Positions 11,501 through 23,796 of a stretch of 64,000 nt of DNA are shown here, piece by piece. Under the pieces are notes generated by a model. That model was given only the letters and a program-made list of their open reading frames with translations, did not search any database and had not been told where the DNA came from. How positions within the stretch are numbered: the first letter of the stretch is position 1; the number at the start of each line of letters is the position of its first letter. This stretch comes from Sphaerodactylus townsendi (taxonomy: Eukaryota): NCBI RefSeq assembly GCF_021028975.2, contig NC_059428.1, positions 149,048,001-149,112,000 of the forward strand, in the 5' to 3' direction. The translations under genes were made by a program, and so were the position numbers.

Positions 11501-12558
11501 TCTGTAATCATAACACAGCCACTGAGCATGCAGGAAAACTGCCTTGCCAGTCTGGAAGGGAATGGCACATTTAGAACTCAAGGCTCTTCACTTTGCTACA
11601 GGGAAAGTTTCCTCTGGGCAAGGGACCGGCTGGCCTACGAGCTCTATACTTGGGAGCCAGTCTTGATGTCCACATAAGGAGGATTTAAGGAAAATAAGCA
11701 ATCAACCTGGATTAATCTTTTAACTAGGGCAGATTCTATGTTATGCAATAGATTTTAGGTGAAATCCCTTTCCAAATTTCCCCCTCCAGTGGCTGCATCC
11801 CCAAATATCCAGGAATTTCCCAACCAGGAGTTGGCAAGACATGAGATCAAAACCCAGAAGGTTTGGGGCCACCAGGCATGGAAGCCCTGTCTGCCTCTGC
11901 CTGAATTCTGCACTCCCACAAAGTCTACGCTTTCGAATCAAGACTCCCCTCTCCCCCGGCCCTGGAGACCCACCTTCTTGCTGAACTCCTGGGCCTTCTG
12001 CCTCCGCTCCTGATGGATGGCATCTGCACTCTGCACGAACTCTCTCACGCTGCTGCTGGCCCACCTCTGGAGCCGCCCCACCCTCAGGAGTCCCAGCTGC
12101 AGGCTTCGTCCCTGGCAGGACTGGATCACGGCAGCTGCCTCCTCGTACTGCTTCACAGGGATCCCGTTGACCTCCAGCATGTAGTCCCCTGCTTTGATCC
12201 CGCATTGAGAGGCTGGCGAGGCGGGGGCCACGCTCTCCACCTGCAGGGGGCAGCCGCCACCATGGGCCAAGGTGAAGCCAAAGCGCCCCTCCGGCCCGGG
12301 CTTGAGGTCCAGCTGCTGGATCCTTGAGACCACGCCGATGCTGGGGGGCACGTTCTCACACTGCCTGGCCAAGGCGACGAGGGCCTCGCAGGTCATGGCG
12401 GACACGTGCTGGCCTTCGATCTCCAGGATCTGGTCCCCTGGCTGGAGGCCTGCCACCTGGGCGCTGCTGCCCTCTTCCACAGCCAGGATGTAGCAAGGGC
12501 CGTTCCCACTGATCCTGAAGCCGAAATCCTCCGGCCAACCGTCGTTGGTAGCAGGCAT
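5545..12558 (-). CDS. GRID2IP: Delphilin (glutamate receptor delta-2 interacting protein), long-form 5' coding exons; the gene continues past the left edge of the window
   Basis: Exon 12558-11974 (585 nt, Kozak accaccATG, acceptor tttccaag at 12567, donor gtgggt) encodes MPATNDGWPEDFGFRISGNGPCYILAVEEGSSAQVAGLQPGDQILEIEG...ERRQKAQEFSKK. Exon 5699-5545 (155 nt, cag/gtat) encodes VQEILGDQPEVKEKMFTILKQYAAERKVDYLAYALAMVLTKESQHLLLDNIR. These match the recalled delphilin N-terminal PDZ and harmonin-N-like helical region. The adjacency to ZDHHC4 is as in human. Confidence 0.93.
6010..6168 (-). mobile_element. tRNA-derived squamate SINE (second family), degenerate
   Basis: Reverse complement of the element split at 61536-61630 and 62090-62195 (ctctgactggc..cagctctcc, tttcac.tcacctact). 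Confidence 0.55.
7056..7530 (-). mobile_element. CR1 LINE 3' fragment
   Basis: Begins cacagaatcata, the reverse complement of the CR1 3' (ATTCTRTG) motif. Near-collinear with the 61631-62089 copy, which still encodes the ORF2 C-terminus. Confidence 0.88.
8052..10909. mobile_element. Non-autonomous hAT-superfamily DNA transposon with a long internal palindrome
   Basis: Perfect 8-bp TSD TCTCTCCC at 8044-8051 and 10910-10917. Imperfect TIRs CAGTGGCATACCT and CAGGGGCGAACCT (10/13 match). Inverted arms ~8170-9183 and 9205-~10250. No transposase-like ORF. Confidence 0.88.
11114..11261. mobile_element. Palindromic hAT-type MITE (148 bp)
   Basis: caggggtctgcaacctgcggctctccagatgttcatggactaca...tgtagtccatgaacatctggagagccgcaggttgcagacccctg forms a near-perfect hairpin. 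No TSD is visible. Confidence 0.85.
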
Positions 12559-13611
12559 GGTGGTAACTTGGAAACAAAGACATAAGACGAGAACTGAGCT
12601 AGAGAGTCTCCACAAGACGGAATCCCCCCTCTCTAACCAAAGGAATATTGCTAGGCTGCAGCTGCAACCACCTGGGGCATTCTGCAACCCTCCGTGGCTT
12701 CCTGCAGTCAAGGAGGCCAGGTTCTTGCACACAAACTCTGCAGCCTTCCTTGTGCATAACTTCCATCTAATCCGCAGTACTTTTCTCAGTATCCTCTCTT
12801 ACCTGCTGACGGTCACTTACTGACAGCACTGACAGCACTGCGGTCACCACAGACTTAAGTGCTTGAACAGGCACTCCTTCTGCCTGAACAGGGGACTCGG
12901 GGAAACGGTGGGAGAAAGGGGGCTTAGAGCTTTCAACATCCTTTTTTTTTAATGACAGTTCCCAGGTGTCTCTGGAGGACAATTTAACAGTGCAGGTGGG
13001 CCTGTATTGCTGGTGGTCTTTGCCAGTGGGAGCGGGACATCTGTGGGGAAACGTGGACAGGAATAGTCAGATATGTGCCATCGCATCTTGCTAGAAAAGG
13101 AACGCTTAGGGGAGGAAGTTGTTCTTTGCCCCTTCAGGACTCCCTCGAATTGCATCTTGCCCGTTATGTGCTGAGTCGTAAGTGCCGTCTGCCTGTTGCC
13201 CTCTGATCTGGCGTCTGTTTATTTCAGGGGGCTTCATCTGCGGAAGGCCGGGGAGTCTGCAGGGGATGCCGCCGGCCAGCAGTGCCCGTGTTCTCTTTTC
13301 CCTGGCGCCCCACCTGACACTCGCCCAACCCCCTTGAAGGCAAAACTCACAGAAGCCGCAGCCGTTTGAGTCCACCTGAGGTCCTGCCAAGGTGAGAGCC
13401 ATTTCCCTGCAAGGTCCGCAGGTTCCTAGTTCTCTTGGGCATTGGCTCCCTCCCTCTTGCTTCCTCAAAGCCTAGCTTGGCTGGAAGAGGGAGAGCCTCA
13501 GTGCCGCCACCAAGGGCACCGGTCCACCCACCTGGGCTTCAGGGCCTGGGCTCTGCATCCCTTCTCTGCAGGCTACCCCTCAGGTCGAAAGGGGCGTCCT
13601 GAGCACTATCA

Positions 13612-13861
13612 NNNNNNNNNNNNNNNNNNNNNNNNNNNNNNNNNNNNNNNNNNNNNNNNNNNNNNNNNNNNNNNNNNNNNNNNNNNNNNNNNNNNNNNNN
13701 NNNNNNNNNNNNNNNNNNNNNNNNNNNNNNNNNNNNNNNNNNNNNNNNNNNNNNNNNNNNNNNNNNNNNNNNNNNNNNNNNNNNNNNNNNNNNNNNNNNN
13801 NNNNNNNNNNNNNNNNNNNNNNNNNNNNNNNNNNNNNNNNNNNNNNNNNNNNNNNNNNNNN
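13612..13861. other. Assembly gap (250 N)
   Basis: Run of N. Confidence 1.
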
Positions 13862-16380
13862 GCTGAACTGTGGGGGAAATATCAGAGAGGCAGATGGCCC
13901 AGCGCACTGGCCCCGTCCGAGCCTCCCTTGTCTGCCACCTGAGATCCCTAAGAGGAATTAGAACCTGTCAAGAGCTAAACTGGATTACAGACCAGTCAGG
14001 GAGCTACACAAGCAAATTGGAACTGACTCTGGTCCTTGTAGGGTTGCCAGCTCTGGGGTGGGAAATTCCTGGAGGTTTGGGGGTGGGGCCTGGGGAGGAG
14101 AACGTTGGGGGATGGGAGGCAATTCAGCTGGGTTGTGGTGATTACATGCAGTCCCCGTCCCACCCCACCCAACGCTGCCACTTCGGATGTCCCTTGCTTG
14201 GAGATGAACTGTTATTCCAGGCCAGTTCTGTGCTTCATCGGGAGGTGCTGGCGCTGGCTCACATTTCAGCCCAAGGGGGGGGGGGCACGACCACTGGAAC
14301 CTCCCCTTGAGTTGGAAGCAGAGGTCGAGAGAGCTGGCATCCGACCCAGAACCCAGAAAAGCAGGTTGCGACCCAGGTGTGGCTCTCTGACCCACTCGGC
14401 TGCCTTTTTGAAACCCTGGAGGTGTTTCACAATTTTTAGGAAGGACCATCCCATCAGGCCTGCTCTCCAAACTGCATCCAGCAAGCCACGGCTCCTGAAT
14501 TGCTCAGCAATGTGAAGGCAGCTGGGCCTTCCCAGGGGCCAGATAGGAGGTGTTGGAATTCACTCCAGTTTAAGGGCTGGAGGGAGGCCTGCAAAGTTAA
14601 GCAGGCCTAGACGTGGCCAGTGCCCCACCCCACCCCCCCGCGCTATGCCAGACAGCCACGTCTGAGGCCAAATCTGGAACTGATTTTCTCCTTCCAAGCA
14701 GCGCCAGAGCTGGAAAGGTGACCAGGGAATGGCGCCACTCCATTGGCCAAGGAGTCCAAACCAGGCTGGCCCAGTGCAGAGCCTACCTAGCAGGGTTGGC
14801 AGCCTCCAGGTGGGGCTGGGAAATCTCCCAGAATTGCAATTTTTCTCCAGGCTTCAGAGATCTGTTCCCCGCTGGAAGAAAATGTCTGCTTTGGAGGGTG
14901 GATTCGATGGCGTCGTGCCCCACTGAAGCTCTTCCCTGCTCAGTCCCCATTCACAAAATCCCCAGGAGGAATTTCCTAACCCAGAGGGGGAGCCCTCTCC
15001 TTCCCAGGGCTGCCTGGCAAGTGCAGGGGCAGAGGTTGGCAGTCTGTTTTCCCTCTGCTCTTGGAGCACCCTGAAGCTGATGCATACCGCTAGTCCATGG
15101 TGGCTGCCCATGCTAAGCCTCAGAGTTTGCTTGTTGACCTGAGAGACCTGGTTGCTGCTCTGCTGGGCGTGGGGGACCACTGGCCTGACTCCATATGTAT
15201 GTTTATCCGTAGAATGTAGCTTCCTCTCCCTCAGAATGACCCTCAGGTAGTTGTCAAAAGGCTTCCTTTTCACCCCACCACCAGCAACACAGACCGCAAA
15301 TTAGGAGTTTTCCTTCCTTTTCTACACGTTCCTTTGACAAGAATGGAAGAATTGTCTGGTGGGGCTGTGGTTGTTCGGTTGTTTTTAATACGGACGCCCG
15401 TCAAGCAAAGCTTACCTCGCTGGCAGGCACAAGGCCTCAAAAGCAACCACCGTGGCTCGGGAGGAGGACTGTTACCCGTTCAGCCATCCCAAGAGCTTCT
15501 GTGCTGTTGGATCAGTTACAGACCTCCGGGTCTGAGTTTCTATGGCAAACTCTGCCCAGGCACCGTAACCTAATAGGGCTGTCGTTAGCGGGGAGAGGAG
15601 CGCAGGCGGTGTGGGACAGCCAGCTATTCTGCCGCCAGCTACACTTCAAGCTGCCTCTTGCCCTGGGGATGATTTGGGGTGGATGGTGACAACCAGGAAG
15701 ATCTGTCAGCACAAAGGAAGAAAACTGCTCCCTTGATAAATGTCCTGAGGGTCTATATTGTTTCTCCAAAGAAAGCTTCAAGGCCTAAAGAGCACAGGCC
15801 CTTATTATGAACATACTTGCTGTGCTTTACCACCAAAAAGAAGTTTCCGGGGGTAGCCCTGTTTTTAGAAGAACAGAGTCAAACCTTGCTTTGTCGGACA
15901 GGAGTTGGAAGGGAAATCTGTAAGGCTTTATATCCCAGTCAGAAGGTGGGAGACAGAGCGGTGTTGTGAGCATGCTTGCAAAGAACACAAAGATACAATG
16001 CATATTGCAATCAACTTAATTGCAGCAGAGGGGAAATGCTTGGGGGGCAGAAAGAAGAGGATCTTACCTCTCTATCTGACCTTCCTGCCCCTTCCCCTCT
16101 CTTCCTAATGGGTGGCTGGGGGGTAGCAATATTTTGGAATGCTGTTACAAGAGTCCTGGACCCTGGGATGCCCTTTGGTGTTCCAAAGAAGTGGCTGTCA
16201 GACCCTGACATGCAACTGCTTCAGCGGATGGAAAGCCTCGGCCTTCCCTCTCTGCCTGATCCAGAATGAAAATTAAGCAATGGAAAGAAGGTTGAATATT
16301 TTAACACCCACCTTGACTGTTCCCTAAAAATAAGCTGCAGTGGAAAATATTAGCACTGTAGATACTCATTAACACCTGCT

Positions 16381-16599
16381 CCTTTCCCTTCCTCTCCCCC
16401 CCCCCCACCTTGTGAGGCAGGTGGGGCTGAGAGAGTTCCAAAGAACTGTGACTAGCCCAAGGTCACCCAACTGGCACGTAGGAGTGCGGAAATGATCTGG
16501 TTCACCAGATAAACCTCTGCCACTCAGGTGGAGGAGTGGAGAATCAAACCCGGTTCTCCAGATTAGAATCCACCTGCTCTTAACCACTACACCACGCTG
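16381..16599 (-). mobile_element. CORE SINE (Squam3-like)
   Basis: Reverse complement of the 2618 family: gtgactagcccaaggtcaccca and aatcaaacccggttctccagattaga. Confidence 0.85.
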
Positions 16600-18846
16600 T
16601 GTTGAGGTCTTGCTTCCACTTCACAAGGGCAGCCCCTCAGCTGCTCACTCTAATGGTTTTAGAAAATCAGGTGGCTGGCAAAGGAGAGGAGGAAAACTTT
16701 ACAGTTCATCTCAGCAGAAGGAAGGAAAATGTGGAATTCCTGGGAGGAGAGAGAGAGTGTGTGTGTGTGTGGGGGGGACTTTAAATCAAGAGCGAGTCTG
16801 CAATGAAACACACATGCTCAGTGGATGAGATTTATGTGGGTCGTGGCCTACCAAAGCTTCTGCAGTCATTAATGGGTGGAGAAGACTCTGTTGTTTTGCC
16901 CTGCGGAGACAGCTGAAGTTTGACAGACCAAAGAATAAGCTGAAAAGCAGGTGGGGGCGGGGGCGGGGGTAGGACTGAATTAAGCTTCCACACAGAGAAA
17001 TCCACATTCCCTTTCGCCTCTGTCCTCATCATGACCTCTTTGTGATTTCCATTATGTTCCATAAAAAGAAATCAAATATTTGCTGCTGGCATTAAGTGAT
17101 TTGCCCTGGGCCAGGGAGCCAAGGTGGCACCACTAAATCCAATCCTCAACATTAGAAAAGGCTTACTGGGAGAGACCCCGGCCGGCCGAGGGATGATCCA
17201 ATTAGCCACAGAGAGAGAGAGGCACGCAGTACTGCAGGCCTAAATCCCCTCTCCAGATTCCAGCCATATGGAGCTGGTGGCTGAACAGCTCAGGGCTGGC
17301 TATTCTTTGCATGCTGGCAAACCACTCCACAGGACATGTGAGGAGGGAGAGGGTACCCAGGGGACATTTAGTCCATTCCTCTGTCCCCAGGTACAGAGAC
17401 CCAGTGAGTTACCTCCCTGCCTCCACTGCATCTTAAACACCTTCTACAGAGGGATGGTCTGCATGTTTCTGAAAATGCAACTTTTGATTGCCGTTTGCTC
17501 ACAGCAGTTTGGTCTGTCCCTGTGTTACCTGGGTGAGTTGTTATTTTGCAGTCTGCACCTTAAATGGCTTAACTTAATTCAGGCTGCTTTGCCAGGACTT
17601 CTGGTGCATTACTAGAAAATGGCAGCTATCCACAAACAGAGGGGCTTTGAGGATGTGTCCCGAGCAGCGTCTTTTCTGTCCCAGCCTCTTTTCCCACCTC
17701 ACTTAACATCCAGCCAGAGGAAGAGTTGAGGAGAGCTTGAAAGCCTCACCAATGAGCACTAGTTGAGGTTATTTCTCTTAACATGCATCCACCCTCCCCA
17801 GACTTTGTTCTAAAGGACTGATCGTTTTTACCCGGCCTTTCCCCATGCAAAGGGCTCTCAAGGCCGCACAGGTCACAGGAGCTAGCAGACTTCTGAGCCA
17901 AACAGTTTTTTAAAAGTAAAACAAAAACTGACTCTCTGATTTGCCTGGAGATCTTTAAAATATTTTATAGGCTTTAGACTGTTTTCTGTCTGTTCTCCTT
18001 TCCATAGTGATAGTATTAATTGGACCATTTTTCACTAGATCTGCACAAGCACTTTGCGTGTTATTTGACTGATCTCGCAGACCTCTTTTAGTGCCAACTA
18101 GCTTGTGTATTCGTGAACGAAAGTAGACATGATTAAGCCGTAACGTGTTACATCAACAATAATAAAACGTCCTCCTATCTTGGACTTTCTTCCCCCACCA
18201 GTTTGAAAGCGGTTTGCAGGGGAGTAGGTTCTGCGGTGCAATGGTTGGAGTAGGACTCCAGAGAGTTTAGTTCAGATCTTCACATAGTCATTGAAGCTGG
18301 GCCAGGCCCGCTCCCTCAGCCTGACCAACCTCACCGGGTTGTTGGAAAGACTGTGCAACACGCTGAGCTCTCTGGAGAAAGAGGGGGGGGGGGGTGAAAT
18401 AGCAGGGCGAAAAGGGAGACGCGCGGGAGGCTTGCCTTCAGATATGGATCTTGTTCATGAAATGTGGCCATTAAGCTCGCGCTGGTGGAGGCGCTGTCCA
18501 TGGCCTGATAAAAACCAGCAGGAGCCTTGAAGACTAACAGACGTCCTGTTCGGGCAGAAACTTTTCGGGGCGGGCGGGCGGGCGGGCTCTGGGTCTTTGT
18601 AAAATGCCATTCGTGGCAGGTTCCACAAGAGACCCCCACCAAATTTTGCTGTAACAACAGGTGACACCCCCCCTCCCCACGGGGTGACTTCTGGGGCATT
18701 TGCGGGTCTTAAGATGATGCTTTTTGCATTAAGGATTTATTGCATTTGAGAATGTTTAGTTGAGCAGCTCCTTTCTGGGCTGCCCCTCTGTGTGGGTCCG
18801 CTGTCTGTCTCTGCGGGGGTGCTTTTATTATTGTGCTTTGGGGGGA

Positions 18847-18969
18847 AAACTCGCGGCCCTCCAGATGTTATGGACTACAGTTCCCATCATCCCCTGCCAG
18901 CATGATGCTGGCGGGGATGATGGGAACTGTGGTCCATAACATCTGGAGGGCCGCGAGTTTGACACCTCT
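18847..18969. mobile_element. Palindromic hAT-type MITE, left terminus missing
   Basis: aaactcgcggccctccagatgttatggactacagttcccatcatcccc pairs with ggggatgatgggaactgtggtccataacatctggagggccgcgagttt. It is related to the 11114 MITE. Confidence 0.82.
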
Positions 18970-19059
18970 AGGAATCGATTCTGGTTGCTTGCAAAACCAC
19001 TTAATCCGGAATAAAAAGGGAGACTTGGAAAGGAACGAGATTCACAAAGTCCCCCCTCC

Positions 19060-19190
19060 TTTGTGGAGGCACTTCCGGGACACTCGCTGGCTACTCTATG
19101 ACCCTCTTCCGGCGCCTTTGCCGGAGTCACGTGAGGCAGGATCTTGCAGCAGCTGCTGAGTACGCGGGGGAGGGGGCGGGGCTTCCACGG
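19060..19190 (+). promoter_or_regulatory. Probable ZDHHC4 promoter
   Basis: Locally CpG-rich, with two ETS-type cttccgg motifs, the E-box gtcacgtga and a GC box ggggcgggg, ~1.3 kb upstream of the ZDHHC4 ATG. Candidate donor gcg|gtgagt near 19449. Confidence 0.55.
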
Positions 19191-20412
19191 TGGGTGTTTT
19201 TGCTGCCCCCCCACCGTGCTTGGCCCCAAATTAATGCACAGAGGTAGAGAGCAATGGTTGCAAGAAAGGGAATCACAATGAAACGGGGGGAGGCTGAGAA
19301 TGGCTGGCTGAGCTGACCCACCTGGCAGGGTTGTTGTGAGGGCAAAGCGTGAAGGGTTCCTGCAGGCAGAAGGATTTGAGGCCACCACATGGCACCTGGA
19401 GCACCCATTAAGAGTAATCACGATCCAAAGGGGCTGGTAGCACGTGGCGGTGAGTTCCGTAGGAGTGCCCTGGCAAAGCAAAGCTGCATGAAATTGCTAG
19501 TTCAGTCCTACCCCTCCTGGCACCCACCGGCTGCCACTCTCCAGGGTCTCTGGCAGGAGGGGAGATCTTTATCATGATCAACTCAGTGGGGCATCTCCAA
19601 CTGATGGGGAAAGCTGCACGTGGCTGCCCAGACCAAGCGCAGCAGCGCCCAGGTCGGTCGGCAAAGGAAGGTTTTTCCAGGAGCTCCTGCGTGCAACATC
19701 CATGCTCTCCGTCGGGGATGATGGTGCTGCTGCTGGTGGTGGTGGTGGTGGGGAGACCTATCTTTGGAATGCGGTGCTGCCAGTCCATTTTGGTGGAGGG
19801 GTTCATGGGGCTTCATTCTTTCATGTGGTCCTGATCTGGAATTCTCAGCCACCTCAGGTACCAAGGATCAGTAGAAGAAAATAAAATACAGTTAGAGCCA
19901 ATTTAAGGTGACCTTGTAAATTTTCAAGGGAAGTGGTGAACAGAGGTAGTTTGTCATAAGTAGGATATATATGTTTTAATAATGAAGAAAGCCTAAGCAC
20001 CCAATGGGTCCCTGCCATGTTTGAGTTCCTATTCTAGATCAGCCATGAATGTTGGAGTTGGGGGGCTGGGGTGACTTGACCTCTTCCATCTCACTGTTCT
20101 TGTGAAGGCAACTGACAGAGGAGGCCGTTGTCATCATTAATGTACTCAGTCTGCTACAGGAGTGGGTGGGGACCCTTCTCAAGATAGACAGCACTCGAAA
20201 GACAAGTCAGAGGGCTTTAGCAGATTGTTGGCAACACTTATTCAATGGCTGTGCAAGTGTGCACTTTTCTGTTTGTGGTTTACAGCTAACAGCGAGAGAA
20301 CCGTGCCTGCCTCAGCCCCTGCTGGTGGGGGTATCTGAGCTTTTCCTCACCGGTTGGCCCTACACCAAGGAGGAAGAGCCCCTCTGTCAGCATCTGGATA
20401 CTGCGGAGCAGG

Positions 20413-23400
20413 ATGGACTTCCTGAGCCTCTTCCTGCTGTATGTCTTTCTGGTTCTGCTGACCATTCTCTTGGTCTGCCTCTATTCTGGGAAGGAGCAAA
20501 GTTTGCCTTCGAGGACTATCAACTGGCTTGCTCAGGTAAGGAATTCTAACGCTGGTTGCAGAAGGCAGGCTGTCGGGTGCATCCGGCCTCCAGCAGGTTT
20601 GGGAGGAAACCAGATGTATATTTATTTATTGCAGTCTTTTTTCTTTTTAAGTCAAGGGTGTACTCACCCTTGCCCCCAGTTTCTGGCACAAATCGGCTTC
20701 CATCCCACTGTGACCTCCTTTGCGCTTCTCTGGGTGTATTTAGCCTGAAATGCTGCATGGAGCCTACAAGGGTATCCCATAACTGCACCCTTGTTCTTTG
20801 GGTATTGAGCCTAGGTGCCATTCAGAGCTAATTTTCTCCAGATCAGAGGAGGTGGCCTTTTGATTTCTCTGAATGTCTGTGGCGTTTTCTTTTTTGGCAC
20901 AGGTGCTTTCTTGTGTAATCCCAGGCCAAGTTCACCAAGCTGCTCAGAGGGTGCTCCACCGCCTCTTCCACACACGGTATTGCTCCCTTTTGTGCATGCT
21001 TTCCCTGCGTCTGATTTGTCTGCGCCACTGACCTCCCCTCTCCTCCCACCCCTGCCCATGTTCTGTTGAGCAGTCATGCTGTGGGAGCTCCATGCTCAAG
21101 ATCATAATTCACCGGTTCAGGGGGGCCCATGTCAGATCGGGACTGGAGGTGCGGGGAGAGGCAGCGGAGCCTGTGCTTCCTGCAGTGTTCCTCTGAAGCG
21201 GTGCTGGGGCGTTGCTGTTTGACCTCTTGTGGCAGATGCTGCCTTCCCCTTTTGACAGACACAGCCTGTTTGTGATCCTGCACTTGGCTTTGGAAGTGCT
21301 GGTCTATGGCGAATACACTTGGGAGGTGTTTGGCTACTGTCAGGAGCTGGAGTTCGGCCTTCCCCTCCTCCTCCTGCCTTACCTGCTGCTGGCTGTGAAC
21401 ATGGCCTTCTTCGTCCTCTGTTCCAGGAGTGACCCTGGTAAGACAACACCTTGAGCTGCAATGGCAGCTGTGGGCCAGTGAGGAAATCTCCCCCTGTAGA
21501 GGCAGTGACTTCTGCCACATCTGGCTCCTCTCAGGGGAATGTGCTGGAGCATCAGTGTAGCATAGTGGTTAGAGTGTCAGACTAGGATCTGGGAGACTTG
21601 GGTTCAAATCTCCGCATCTGCACTGGAAGTTTGCTGGGTGGACTTGGGCCAATCACACTCTCTCAACCTCACCTGCCTCAAGGGGTTGCTGTGAGGAAAA
21701 AATGAAGGAGAAAGGCGTGGGTATTGGGGTGAAAGGCAGGAACAAATGAAGTAAACAAATAAATTTGTGACACCATTTGCTTCCTGTACAAAACCACGCG
21801 TCAGTGCGAAGCATTCTTTGGCATGCAGCTGTTGATGTGTGGGAATGGGAAAGCAGCCCTTCCGTCGCCTGAGCTCCGGCTGGCTCCCAGGATAAGGAGA
21901 TCTAGGCATCCTGTTCTCACCATCACCTGTGGGCAGGGCTCTGGGGCGGGACCAGTCCCTCAGCAGAGTATGCAGCTGACTGGAGAACACGGGCTGGGCT
22001 GGTTGCATGTCTCCAGGGAAGAATCCTTGTTGGCTGCTCTTGGCTATGTGGTCACAAGCAAGTGGACATTGCTTTTCTCCTGGAATTTGTCCTGGCCATT
22101 AGATACGTGAAGTCAGAGCGCAGGAAGAGGGGTGAAGGTGCCTCCACAGAGACATATTTGTCCATCCCTTGTTGTAGGTGCCATAACCAGCTCCAACCAG
22201 GCCCTCTTCCTCCATGCTTACACGTATGATGGAGTGATGTTTGACAGAGGCGCCGAGTGTGCCACCTGCAGCACCAGGAAGCCGGCCAGATCCAAGCACT
22301 GTGGTAAGCTCTCCAGTTGCTCTCAGATGTTGGAAGACCTTCTTGAACCAGCTTTTCTGCTTTCTTCCTCTTGCCTCTTGTCTGTCTGCCACCACTAGCT
22401 CCTTCCCCTCGATCTTCTCCTGCCTATTGGAAGAGCAACAACGCCTGTTACTTCTGTGTCTGGAACAGTCACTGGTGCCACTCGTGTTTAAGCACCAGCA
22501 CGGCCAGGGCCTTGTTTTCCCACGGCAGGCGTCTCGCTCATTAATGTGCCTTAGCACAGGCAGTGGGCCTTTCAGTTTAATAACGCTGTTAACACCCCGT
22601 GCCTCAAGAGAGTCTCGGTGACAAAGGGAAGCTATAGATAAGCTAAACAAATAAATATAGGGGAGCACTCGCAGAAGTGATTTTGCAGCTGGACATGCAA
22701 GCATGTCATGAAGGTCTCTCGCTGCACTTTTTTGTCCCAGAGCTTCAGGCGAGGCGCGAGGCACCTGGTTGGCGTGTGCCAGTGACCGTGGGCTCAGCTG
22801 CATAAGTAGCCTTTTCCTTCCGACAACCCAGTGACCGTGTTCTGCTCTTGAGCAGGAGTGTGCTGTGCCTGCGTGCATCGCTTCGACCACCACTGCATTT
22901 GGGTCAACAACTGCATCGGGGCTTTCAACACGAGATTCTTCCTTGCCTACTTGCTCTCCTTGAGTGCCATGGCCGCAGCCATTGCGGCCGTAACCACTGC
23001 CTTCCTCATCCGGGTGGTCTCTCTGTCAAACCTGATGCTGGGATATTATACGGACGACCAAGGCCAGGAGCAGCCGGTCGACGTTGCCTTTGTTATCCAG
23101 GTAAATGTTGAGCGAAGACTTTTCCTGACACTCCACAGCAACAGACCAGTCTTGGGTCTGACCTCAGTAGAGGCACGAAGTGGGTTCTAGATGCCAGGTC
23201 AATCAAAGGAGACCTTTGTGAATGTTTTATAATGGAAAGGACCCGTCGCAAAGTTTTAGCCTGGGTTTTTTTTTCCTGCAGAGCTTTCCTTCGTGGCTGC
23301 TCTCCATCCAGGGCAAGTGGTGCCCTGTCACCAAGCCTGAGAAAACAGCTGGTCTCAAAGGATGAGGGAGGAGTTACTTCTAGCTTAGGATGTCGATGTA

Positions 23401-23796
23401 GCCCTTTAATGAACACCGTCCCGTCCCCCCGGCCTGCTCCTTTGCTGTGTCCGCCTCAGAGGAAGCAACCTGTGCTGGGGGGGAGGGACTGTCTTGGGCT
23501 TTGGGGCCTATATCCTGCTTCAGCCGGGCTGTTCTTTCCCCCCTCTGCAGCACCTGTTCTTGGCCTTCCCCAGGACAGTGTTCATGCTGGGCTTCGTCAT
23601 CGTCCTCGCGGTCATTCTGAGCTTTTACTTCTGCTTTGATCTGTACCTGGCCCTGAACAACCAGACGAGCTATGAGTGGCACAAGGCAAGAAGATTCAAG
23701 AGTGGAGCATACAGAAATATTTACTCTAGAGGAGTCTGGGGCAACATCATGGAAATCGTGAAACCTCGAACAAGCCCTGAACAGAAGAGAAGGTGA
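20413..23796 (+). CDS. ZDHHC4: Palmitoyltransferase ZDHHC4 (330 aa, 6 coding exons)
   Basis: Exons 20413-20535, 20903-20976, 21259-21437, 22178-22303, 22856-23100 and 23551-23796, all GT-AG and phase-consistent. Cys-rich domain [15 protein letters not shown]...[15 protein letters not shown]-terminal MDFL hydrophobic segment, and Lys at -3 (QKRR*). Confidence 0.96.
21549..21710 (+). mobile_element. Older CORE SINE (MIR/Squam3-like)
   Basis: agtgtagcatagtggttagagtg...gggttcaaat followed by the CORE ttgggccaatcac...ctctc. Confidence 0.7.

Noticed and set aside
13442-13942. ORFs spanning the N run
   Set aside because: Artefacts of the assembly gap.
11974-23796. Functional enzyme-substrate cluster (palmitoyltransferase ZDHHC4 next to palmitoylated delphilin)
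   Set aside because: Adjacency alone is not evidence in vertebrates. The promoters are separate and nothing in the sequence links them.
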